NCBI GenBank assembly: GCA_963797095.1
Contig: CAWCNY010000002.1
Span: forward strand, 256,001-320,000
Length of the DNA: 64,000 bases
DNA from: an uncultured Chloroflexia bacterium
GTDB lineage: Bacteria; Chloroflexota; Chloroflexia; QHBQ01; JADMIH01
Direction: 5' to 3'
The notes beneath the pieces were generated by a model, which searched no databases, was not told the DNA's origin, and worked only from the letters and a program-made list of their open reading frames with translations. Within the stretch, counting starts at the first letter, position 1. Every line of letters begins with the position of its first letter. A program made the position numbers and the translations under genes. This document shows positions 1 through 9,000 of this stretch, piece after piece.

Positions 1-1994
1 TGGTGCTCACCGGCGGTGGAAGCGGGATCTTCACCTCCGTCTCAGGCTCGGCTCCTGACCGCATCTTCAACGTGGAGTGGCGTGGCACCAACCTCGACTT
101 CGAGATCCGCCTGTACGAAGACTCCCCCAATATCGAGTTTATCTACGGCACGCTGACCAGCTCCGGCAGCGCCACCATCGGCATCCAGAAGGACATGACC
201 CACTTCACCCAGGTGTCGTGCAACACCGTGGGCATCAGCAGCGGCACCAAGATCACCTTCAGCCTGCCCGCCTGCGGCACCCCCACCCCCACCGTTACCG
301 GCACTCCCCCCACCGCTACCCTTACGCCGACCATTACCCAAACTCCCACCCGCACCCAGACCCCTACCATTACGCCCACCGTGTGCAACGGCAATTATGG
401 ATACCTCATCGGCACGGGCGCAACCCTCGTGCCCGGCACCAGCTTTGTCGCAGGCTCCAACTGCGATGACTGCTCAGCGCCTGTTGACCTGCCTTTCTTT
501 GCCCACTTCTACGACCAGAACTTCAACTCGGTCAATGTAATCTCTAACGGCAGTCTGCAATTTACCGGGTCCAACACCGCCTTTACCAACGCCTGTATAC
601 CGGTCACGGGTTTCACTTACACACTCTTCGCCTATTGGGACGACTTGCTCCTTACCACTTCAGGCGATGGCGTCTATACCTCAGTATCGGGGAGCGCACC
701 TAACCGCATCTTCAACATAGAATGGAGAGGATGTTACTACTCAGGTGGCATATGTGGTGGCCGCATAGACTTCGAAGTGAGATTATACGAGTTTGACCAA
801 CGCATAGACGTGATCTTCGGCACAGTCGAGAACGGCAATGGCTCGGCCACAGGAGGGGTGCAGAAAGACCAGACATTCTACACTCAAGTGTTCTGTGACG
901 GCTCAGGACCGCCTATCGTCCCAGGCACTATAATAACTTACACTATGGCAACATGTGGGACCGCCACCCCTGGTGCATCCCCTACCAACACTTCCATCAA
1001 CACGCCTACGAATATGCCTACGAACACTAACACACCTGTCAGCACCAACACGAACACTCCTGTGCCGCCGACATCTACGGCTGTCAGCACCAACACAAAT
1101 ACTGCGGTGCCCTCCACTTCAACCTCTACCGCCCTGCCAACCGATACCTCGACAGCTGAGCCTACCAACACGGAGCCTGTCTCGACAGATACGCCTCAAC
1201 CTGAGCCAACCGATACCGCGCCTCCTGTGTCTACGAATACTTCTGTGCCAGCACCCACAGATACCTCCCTGCCTGTACCCACTGACACCTCTCTACCCGT
1301 GCCTACAGATACCACTGTAGCCATCCCCACCGAAACCCCCACCGTCTGCACGATCAACTTCACCGATGTATCCCCAGGCTCTACCTTCTACGACTACATC
1401 ACCTGCATGGCATGTAGGGGCATCATCAACGGCTACACCAGTGGCTGTGAAAGCGGCAACCCATGCTTCCGCCCTGACAATAACGTCACAAGAGGACAAC
1501 TTGCCAAGATAGTGTCCAATTCAGCAGGGTTCAACGAGGACCCGGGACCACAGCGCTTCGAGGATGTGCCCCTTGGCTCAACCTTCTACGACTTCATAGG
1601 GATACTTGCCAGCAGAAACATCATCGCAGGCTACCCATGTGGTGGTCCTGGTGAGCCATGTGTAGGCCCAGGGAACCTGCCATACTTCAGACCCAATGCC
1701 AACATCACAAGAGGGCAGGCCTCGAAGATAGTATCAGAGGCAGCGGGTTACACAGACCCGGCAGGAGACCAGCAGTTCCAGGACGTACTGCCAGGCTCTA
1801 CCTTCTACAACTGGATATGGAGGCTGACAGACCGGGGCATCATGAACGGGTATGCATGCGGCTCCCCAGGAGAGCCATGTGCAGGACCAGCCAACCTGCC
1901 ATACTTCAGACCAGGAGCAAACGCGACGAGAGGGCAAGCCTCCAAGATAGTGGCCAACACTTTCTTGCCCGACTGCTTCGCTTCGGCCAGATAA
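1..1994 (+). CDS. SLH-domain surface protein, 5'-truncated by window edge (NIDO-like beta domains, Pro/Thr linker, 3 SLH repeats)
   Basis: C-terminal FxDV...TRGQ SLH motifs x3 with CGGPGEPC loops; repeated 'AYWDDL...GSAPNRIFNIEWR' domain; long PT-rich linker. Confidence 0.9.
   Translation, partial: VLTGGGSGIFTSVSGSAPDRIFNVEWRGTNLDFEIRLYEDSPNIEFIYGTLTSSGSATIGIQKDMTHFTQVSCNTVGISSGTKITFSLPACGTPTPTVTGTPPTATLTPTITQTPTRTQTPTITPTVCNGNYGYLIGTGATLVPGTSFVAGSNCDDCSAPVDLPFFAHFYDQNFNSVNVISNGSLQFTGSNTAFTNACIPVTGFTYTLFAYWDDLLLTTSGDGVYTSVSGSAPNRIFNIEWRGCYYSGGICGGRIDFEVRLYEFDQRIDVIFGTVENGNGSATGGVQKDQTFYTQVFCDGSGPPIVPGTIITYTMATCGTATPGASPTNTSINTPTNMPTNTNTPVSTNTNTPVPPTSTAVSTNTNTAVPSTSTSTALPTDTSTAEPTNTEPVSTDTPQPEPTDTAPPVSTNTSVPAPTDTSLPVPTDTSLPVPTDTTVAIPTETPTVCTINFTDVSPGSTFYDYITCMACRGIINGYTSGCESGNPCFRPDNNVTRGQLAKIVSNSAGFNEDPGPQRFEDVPLGSTFYDFIGILASRNIIAGYPCGGPGEPCVGPGNLPYFRPNANITRGQASKIVSEAAGYTDPAGDQQFQDVLPGSTFYNWIWRLTDRGIMNGYACGSPGEPCAGPANLPYFRPGANATRGQASKIVANTFLPDCFASAR
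1229..1528 (+). repeat. 300-bp direct repeat, copy 1 (copy 2 at 8802-9101)
   Basis: By-eye alignment gives 299/300 identity; single synonymous C/T at 1391/8964. Confidence 0.92.
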
Positions 1995-2009
1995 TCTGAT
2001 CGGCCTTAG

Positions 2010-3485
2010 CTCGACTTTGTACAAAATGAAAGGAGGTGAAAACGGGTAAAGGGACCCGCAGACCCTTTGTTGTAAGATGGAAGTCTACCACAACACCATC
2101 TGCGACAAGGAGAGAAGCGATGTCCCTACCCAACCCGATTATACAGGTGCTGCTCCATTTCAGGCCAGCTTTCACCCGTCCAACCTGGGACAAAGCGCTC
2201 GTGCTGGTGGTTGGCACAATCCTGGCAAGAGGCCGTCGGACCGTGACGGCAGCCCTCAAGCAGATGGGCTTGCAACATGGTGAGGACTTTACCCTGTTTC
2301 ATCAGGTGCTCAACCGTGCAAGCTGGTCTTGCCTAATGTTGAGCCGGCTCCTTCTCCAATTGCTGGTCAATACGTTTGTTGCGGCAGGTGCAACCGTCGA
2401 GATTGCTATTGACGAGACGCTGGAAAGAAGATGGGGCCGCAAAATCTCCAAGCGCGGCCATTACCGAGACTCGGTGCAATCGAGCAAAGAGCAGTCGGTC
2501 AGTACAAGTGGGTTGCGTTGGGTGGTAATGATGCTGGTAGTGCAAGTACCCTGGTCAAGCAGGGCATGGGCGCTTCCTTTCTTCTCAGTGCTGGCCACCA
2601 CACCTAAAGTAAGTGAGCAATTGGGTAAGGCGCACAAGACGGTAGGAGAGATAGCCCAGCAGATGGTGATGATGGTAAGGCGCTGGCTACCAGACATATC
2701 TGTTTCGTTGGTTGGCGACACTGCCTATTCGATCTTGGAATTGGGGTTGTGCTGTGTCAAGCACCAGATCACGCTTGTAGCGCCAATGCGTTGGGAATGC
2801 GCCTTGTATGAACCTGCGCCACCTCGCAAACCGGGCACAATGGGCAGGCCGAGAGTGAAAGGAGCAGCCTTGCCCAAACTGAGCCAGGTACTCTCAGACC
2901 CCAACACGGAGTGGGTGAAGATAAAGGTAAGGTGGTATGACGGATCGGAGCAAGAACTTGAAGTGGCAAGCGGCACGTGCGTATGGTATCGGATTGGCTC
3001 TGCGGTGTTGCCAATCAGGTGGGTGCTCACCCGTGACCCTCAAGGCAACAGAGAACCGCGAGCCTACTTGTGCACTGACCAGAGCTTGCAGGCAGTGGAG
3101 GTGGTGAGCCGGTTCATCAAGCGGTGGACTATCGAGGTGACGTTTGAGGAGAGCCGAGCACACCTGGGAGTGGAAACCCAGCGACAATGGTCAGACCTGG
3201 CGATTGAGCGTAGCACACCCTGCTTGCTTGGCATGTTCAGCCTGGTGGCTCTGTTTGGAAAGGCTCTACACCCAGACGGAAAAGTGCCTGTGCAGCGCAC
3301 TGCCTGGTACCAAAAGAGGGAGGCTACCTTCTCGGACGTGCTGGCACAAGTCAGACGGCACTTGTGGGGCAACTTCACTTTTCAGACAGCCCCCACAGAC
3401 CCTGATGTCTGTTTAGTCCCACGCTCACACGTGGAGAGACTGGCCTACGCGGTTTGCTATTGAGTTGGTAATGTACAAAGTCGAG
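2010..3485 (+). mobile_element. IS701-like insertion sequence
   Basis: Perfect 14-bp TIR CTCGACTTTGTACA (2010-2023) / TGTACAAAGTCGAG (3472-3485); flanking direct repeat CTTAG (2005-2009, 3486-3490); single transposase ORF. Confidence 0.92.
2120..3463 (+). CDS. DDE transposase, IS701-like
   Basis: IDETLERRWG, VGDTAY and RWTIEVTFEE motifs; AAGGAG RBS before ATG 2120. Confidence 0.9.
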   Translation: MSLPNPIIQVLLHFRPAFTRPTWDKALVLVVGTILARGRRTVTAALKQMGLQHGEDFTLFHQVLNRASWSCLMLSRLLLQLLVNTFVAAGATVEIAIDETLERRWGRKISKRGHYRDSVQSSKEQSVSTSGLRWVVMMLVVQVPWSSRAWALPFFSVLATTPKVSEQLGKAHKTVGEIAQQMVMMVRRWLPDISVSLVGDTAYSILELGLCCVKHQITLVAPMRWECALYEPAPPRKPGTMGRPRVKGAALPKLSQVLSDPNTEWVKIKVRWYDGSEQELEVASGTCVWYRIGSAVLPIRWVLTRDPQGNREPRAYLCTDQSLQAVEVVSRFIKRWTIEVTFEESRAHLGVETQRQWSDLAIERSTPCLLGMFSLVALFGKALHPDGKVPVQRTAWYQKREATFSDVLAQVRRHLWGNFTFQTAPTDPDVCLVPRSHVERLAYAVCY

Positions 3486-3511
3486 CTTAGGGCCTGGCGC
3501 AATAGCCTAAG

Positions 3512-3546
3512 AATGGCGGGTCGTGTGAGGCGGCCCGCCATTTTCC
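3512..3546 (+). terminator. Rho-independent terminator (probably the original terminator of the first SLH gene)
   Basis: AATGGCGGGTCG / CGGCCCGCCATT stem followed by T-run. Confidence 0.7.
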
Positions 3547-3605
3547 TTTGCCTTGAATATATGAATTTACTCATCTCTATCTTTGCAGATTTTAGAACTG
3601 GCCCG

Positions 3606-5143
3606 TCAAGCGGCGAATAGGTCATACAGATGCTCCTGAGCAACACCCGCCACAAACTGCTTATGCAGCCAATCCAGCAAGTGCCGCCGATGCACTCGCT
3701 GCATTTCTCGGCGCGCATCCCCGATGGTCACACGAACATGTTCAGTCTCGGTCGTGGTGGCCTGCAAACGGGCACGCTCCTCGTCCAAGAGCAGGTACGC
3801 CGCCAACACCAACGTCCAGAACCGCTCGATAGCCGGGGCGCTCATCACTTGGTAGTGGTCAAGCCCCATCAACTCCTTGCAGTCGGCAAACAGCACCTCG
3901 ATGTCCCAGCGTGCCGCTACATATTGCAGCAACTGCTCCACACTTGCCCCCAAGTCACTCGATGCCCAGTATCTGGTCTCGGACACAGGAGCACCCAGGC
4001 TGTGCCTCACTACCAGCACCTGGCACTTGTACAGCTTACGCACCATTGTGGTAATCGCATGCGCGTACACAGTGCTCACCTCCCCTTTGGCATCGGCATC
4101 GCGACCGCAACCGAGTTCGCTTCTGGGCCAGCGTACCAGCACGTAATCGGCCTCGCTCAAGCCCGCCACATATTCCGGCAGAGGCTGCCAACACCAGTCT
4201 GCAGCACTGGCGGCACTGGCGGCACTGGCGGCACTGGCGGCACTGGCGGCACTGGCGGCACTGGCGGCACTGGCGGCACTGGCGGCACTGGCGGCACTGG
4301 CGGCACTGGCGGCACTGGCGGCACTGGCGGCACTGGCGGCACTCGTACCGCCGACAAGCTGCTCTACTCGGATGGAGCGATTGGCTTTCAGCCCACTGGT
4401 AATATGGAAGGCTCGCTGCCGAGCCGCCTTCCATACCGCCTTGCACCCAAACCAACTGTCCACCAGCACATGGGTGTCGGTCCCTTCCACCGGCTCGAAA
4501 CTCTCAATCTGCTCCACCAGCAGGTCAACCTTGCTCTTGAAGGGCACACCCTCTCGCTCACAGACCTCTCGCTGCCGATACAGACAAGGAGCCTGGGGAC
4601 AGCACCTATCCAACGTAGGCAACACATACAGGGTGGTCAACATGTTGTGCCCTTGCACCGGGTGCCCCACCGTCGAGGAGAAGTGGCGGCCTATCCCAGC
4701 CATCTTGCGGCCTTTGGGCTTGTGCATGGTGGAGTCGTCTCCAATCAAGAACCGGTCACAGAGGTTACACGAGCAGGAAGGCGACCCTTACGACCCCGAC
4801 CGGTGTAGCGTCGGTGGTGACTACGCAAGGTGGCACGCTCTTGGGCTACCTGGGGGGCAAGTTGTGCTCGGAAACGGGCACACCAGGCAGCCACAACAGC
4901 CTGCCCTTCCCAAGGAGCGCGGCTCAAGAAGCGGCTCAGGCCACAGTAAGCGCGAGCGCGGGTGCGTACTCCGCCTCCGCACACAGCACGGTGCAGTCCA
5001 CACAGGGTACGAGCTTCCATGCACAACAGCAAGGCCAGCAGTACGGTAACAAAGTACTGGAATTGAGGCTTGCTGAAGCAGTGACGGAAGGTCTGGGCGA
5101 AGTAGCGCACGCTCCCATCGGCGCATATAATGGGGGTAGGCAT
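3606..5143 (-). pseudogene. IS701-like transposase, frameshifted near 4752, with in-frame (SAA)n expansion
   Basis: ORF 5143-4745 ends VTGS*; ORF 4748-3606 continues LIGDDST...VDSWF...RWDIEVLF; one added base restores VTG-F-LIGDDS. Confidence 0.8.
4204..4343. repeat. 9-bp tandem repeat (GCACTGGCG)x15 plus partial unit
   Basis: Perfect units counted directly from 4204 to 4338. Confidence 0.95.
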
Positions 5144-5256
5144 AGTGGTCCTCCTCGGGTAAGGATTGGTGTTCGCAACCCTCTTATACCCGATAGGCCC
5201 TATGCCTTCAATCTTTCACTTTGAAATGTGCAAAGATAGAGTTACTCATGATCCAT

Positions 5257-5477
5257 CTGAGATCCACCTCATAACTGCCCACAGGCACGAATCACGCGTG
5301 CGACGCATCTTCCAAGTGGTCAGTTGAGGTGCCGACGGCAGCAATGGCCCACCATGCCAACCCTCATGCTGTGCGTGTTCAAGTTTGCCGGCAGGTGGTC
5401 TTGGGCAGTGTAACGCGCCCACTCGACCTTCTGGATGCTCCCACCACGCACCGAGCCGATTTATGAGTGGATCTCAA
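5257..5477. mobile_element. Putative MITE (221 bp)
   Basis: TIR TGAGATCCACCTCATAA (5258-5274) / TTATGAGTGGATCTCA (5461-5476) differing by a 1-nt indel; GATCCAT direct repeat at 5250-5256 and 5478-5484. Confidence 0.7.
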
Positions 5478-5487
5478 GATCCATACC

Positions 5488-5517
5488 TTGACTGTCGAAC
5501 ACTCAAGGTGCTATATT
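5488..5517 (+). promoter_or_regulatory. Sigma70-type promoter candidate
   Basis: TTGACT-N18-TATATT with TG before -10, upstream of the Cys-rich gene. Confidence 0.5.
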
Positions 5518-5595
5518 AGCGTCACTCAATATTCTTAGGCCCATCTACGGGCTAATCTGTCATCGTTTAATCCTCAAATGCAGGGAGGGATGACT

Positions 5596-6030
5596 ATGCT
5601 CGATCAGACGATCCGTGTCTTCAGCGAGGGGTTGGCGCGTGCCCTTGACCGGCGCACTTTCCTCAAGCGCACTGCTGGAACTATCGCTTCAGGGTTAGCA
5701 GCCCTCGTTATGGGGCCAATGCTTGCCACCAACTCCCGCGCCATCGCAGCCCCTCTTATCCCAACCGTCGCGAACTGCGCTCCTCCCGGCCCCTACTGCA
5801 ACCTTGATGGGGTGAACGAGCCGAACGGCTGTAAGGGCGCGAGCTGCTTCCAGCACTATTCCAACGGCCAGGTCCGGCAATGCACGCCCCAGTACGGTTA
5901 CGCGACAACAGGTTGCTGGACTACCCTGTCAGGCAATGGCTACTGGACCTGTTGCGACTGCAATTGCTCCGGCGGCTCAAGCTGCGGTTGCGCGCAGTAT
6001 ACGTTCGCACCCGGTGTGTTCCCCGACTGA
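5596..6030 (+). CDS. Tat-exported Cys-rich small protein (12 Cys; amine dehydrogenase light-chain-like architecture)
   Basis: DRRTFLK twin-arginine motif plus hydrophobic stretch; GGAGG RBS; C-terminal GCW...YWTCCDCNC...CGC. Confidence 0.8.
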   Translation: MLDQTIRVFSEGLARALDRRTFLKRTAGTIASGLAALVMGPMLATNSRAIAAPLIPTVANCAPPGPYCNLDGVNEPNGCKGASCFQHYSNGQVRQCTPQYGYATTGCWTTLSGNGYWTCCDCNCSGGSSCGCAQYTFAPGVFPD

Positions 6031-6039
6031 GAGGGTCCC

Positions 6040-9000
6040 ATGTCCAAACGTGTTTTCTATTCGTTGGCGATCAGCATAATGCTTCCGTTGGCGCTTGCTA
6101 TGCTGGTCTGGGCCTTCGCTAACAGCAGCCAGAGCAAACCTCCCGGCAGCATGGAGGCAGGGGTCAAGCCGAACATGCCGCTTGGCACCTGGGGCGACGT
6201 GGTATCCTTCCCAACTGTCGATCTTGGGTTCCACGGCTCCGAACCTACTACAGGCCCTTTGATGCTGAAACGCGCTGTGGCGGTTGGATACCCCTCCAAT
6301 GGCAAGGTCTACATCCTGGGCGGCAAACACCGCCCAGACGGAGCCGATATTGGCGTTCGCTGGATATGGGAATATAACCCTTCCAATAATACGCTTACTC
6401 AGAAGAACGCAATGCTTGACGTAGATCAAAACGGCAGCAGGTACACCGCTAACATGGCCGTGGGCGTGCTGACCGACACAAACGGCTCGCGCATCTACAT
6501 CGTAGGAGGCTCCACAATCAATGGCAACGTAACCGGCGCTGTGAGAGTGTACGATCCCAACACCGACACTCTCACATCTTCGGACACCTGGCCCGCCGAT
6601 CCGCCCCGCGTGCCGGGGGGATACGCCGTATACGACAACAAACTCTACATCTTCGGCGGGCATCAGATCGAACCTACCAGCCAGCTTTTCAACGATACCT
6701 GGGTGTTCGACCCGACTATGCCTCAAGGCCAGCGTTGGGCGCAGCTCACCGGCGCTGGCCTGGCTGTGCCTCGCGCGTATATCGGGGGTGCGGAGCTTGA
6801 TGGCTATATCTACGCCATTGGCGGAGACCAGGTGATCAGCAACACCGCCACCCCTCTCTCCATCGTGGAGCGGATGGACCCCGGCCAGCCCAGCCCCAGC
6901 TGGCAGCAAGTGGCGAGCCTGCCCTGGCCCAAAGGTGATATAGGCGCCTGGGCCTACGACACAGGCTCTCCCTACGAGATCGCGGGTAAGATCGTGATCG
7001 CGGGTGGTGGCTATCCGGTGCCCGACACAAGCGCACTTATATACAACCCCGGTACAAACTCCTGGGCCACCTTCCCCAGTATGCTTCGTCCTAGGCGCAA
7101 CTACGCCGCCGCCCAGTTGAATGGTATGCTTTATGCCTGGGGTGGCTATGACGTGCATGGCAATCTATATAACGGCTCTAATTCGAGCATGGCCTACAAT
7201 GCGTCGGGGCCACCTCCACCCCCAGGCATTACTCCTTCGGCCACTCCCACGCCCGAACCCATTAGCTGCATGGCCACCGCCAACTATACCTATACGGTGT
7301 CTACCGGGGTGGGTATGGACCCTGGCACTACGCTCATCCCCGGCACAACTTGCCAGACCTGCCTGGTCAACATACCTTTGCCTTTCCCTGTGGAGCTTTA
7401 CGGGCGCACTTTCAACACCGCTGAGATAGGTTCGACCGGCAATATGCAATTCGATAGCGACAATTCGTTCTGGATCAACAGGCCGCTCCCATGGAACGGG
7501 CTTAGCTACTCGCTCTTCCCGTTCTGGGATGATCTGAACCTGTTGGGCAGTGGGCATGGTATCTACACCTCCACTGTCGGTGCCTCCCCTAACCGCATAT
7601 TCAATGTGGAGTGGAGAGGCGCGACCAACGATTTTGAAGTGCGCCTATTCGAGAATGCCACCAATTTTGAGTTCATCTATGGCTCAGGCACGGGCGGCAG
7701 CGGCACAATAGGCGTGCAGAAGGACATGACCTACTACACTCAGGTGGGCTATAACGTCACGCAACCCGCATCGGGCACCAGATATAACTGGACCTCTGAG
7801 CCATGTGGCACTCCAACATCCACGGTTACAGGCACTCCACCCACAAGCACGCGCACACCTACGATCACCAACACCCCAACCGCGACCCCCACTTCCATTT
7901 TTGGAACCTACACCTTCTGTGCCACCACAGGCGCAACCATAGTGCTGGGCGCAACAGATATAGGAAATCACTGCGATGATTGCCTGACCACCACCGCCCT
8001 ACCATTCCCGTTCCAGGTCTACGATCAGTCATTTACCTCGGTTCAGGTAAGTTCCAACGGTCAGCTAGACTTCGGCTTGGGCGATTCTGGCTTCCTCAAT
8101 AGCTGTCTCCCCGACGTTAACCCCACTTATGCTATTTTTGCCTACTGGGACGACCTGCTGACCAACGGCGCTGGCGATGGCGTTTTCACCTCGATAACAG
8201 GCTCGGCACCCAACCGTATCTTCAACATTGAGTGGCGTGCTCACTACTTCAGTGGAGGAGGGGTAGTCAACTTCGAGGTGAGGCTATACGAAGGCTCGAT
8301 GCGTGGCGACATTATCTATGGCCAGGTGGACGATCAAGGTATGAGTGCCACGGTCGGAATACAGAGAACCAACGATAGCAGCAACTTCACCGAATACGAA
8401 TGCAACTCCGGAGGTATCACCGGCGGGTTGATGCTTACATTCGGCGCGCCATGTGGCACCGTCACGCCCACGCCCGCTGCACCCACAAATACTTCAACAC
8501 CTTTACCACCTACATCTACATCTACATCTACATCTACATCTACATCTACATCTACATCTACATCTACTTCCACCTCGATCTCCACGAGCACCAGCACCAG
8601 CACCAGCACCAGCACCAGCACCAGCACCAGCGTGCCCCCAACATCAACATTTACTCAAGTACCTACCAGCACATCTACATCGTCACCTGTACCTACCACT
8701 ACCGGGCCTCCCTCTACCGACACCGCTACGACTACTGCCACTGATACACCTGTCTCCACAGATACACCTCTGCCTCTGCCAACTGATACGGCACTCCCTA
8801 CGTCTACGAATACTTCTGTGCCAGCACCCACAGATACCTCCCTGCCTGTACCCACTGACACCTCTCTACCCGTGCCTACAGATACCACTGTAGCCATCCC
8901 CACCGAAACCCCCACCGTCTGCACGATCAACTTCACCGATGTATCCCCAGGCTCTACCTTCTATGACTACATCACCTGCATGGCATGTAGGGGCATCATC

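Larger units (their letters stand above)
3575..5241 (-). mobile_element. IS701-like insertion sequence with 8-bp TSD
   Basis: TIR CTCTATCTTTGCAGATTT (3575-3592) / AAATGTGCAAAGATAGAG (5224-5241), 17/18 match; TTACTCAT duplicated at 3567-3574 and 5242-5249. Confidence 0.92.

Noticed and set aside
3630-4808. 392-aa plus-strand ORF with (GGT)n Gly-rich repeat, and the (CRQ)n and (PPV)n ORFs
   Set aside because: These are alternative-frame readings of the 9-bp microsatellite inside the minus-strand transposase.
8334-8893. ORFs with (HL)n, (YI)n, (HQ)n or (VD)n repeats
   Set aside because: Off-frame translations of the hexamer microsatellites in the Kelch-SLH linker.
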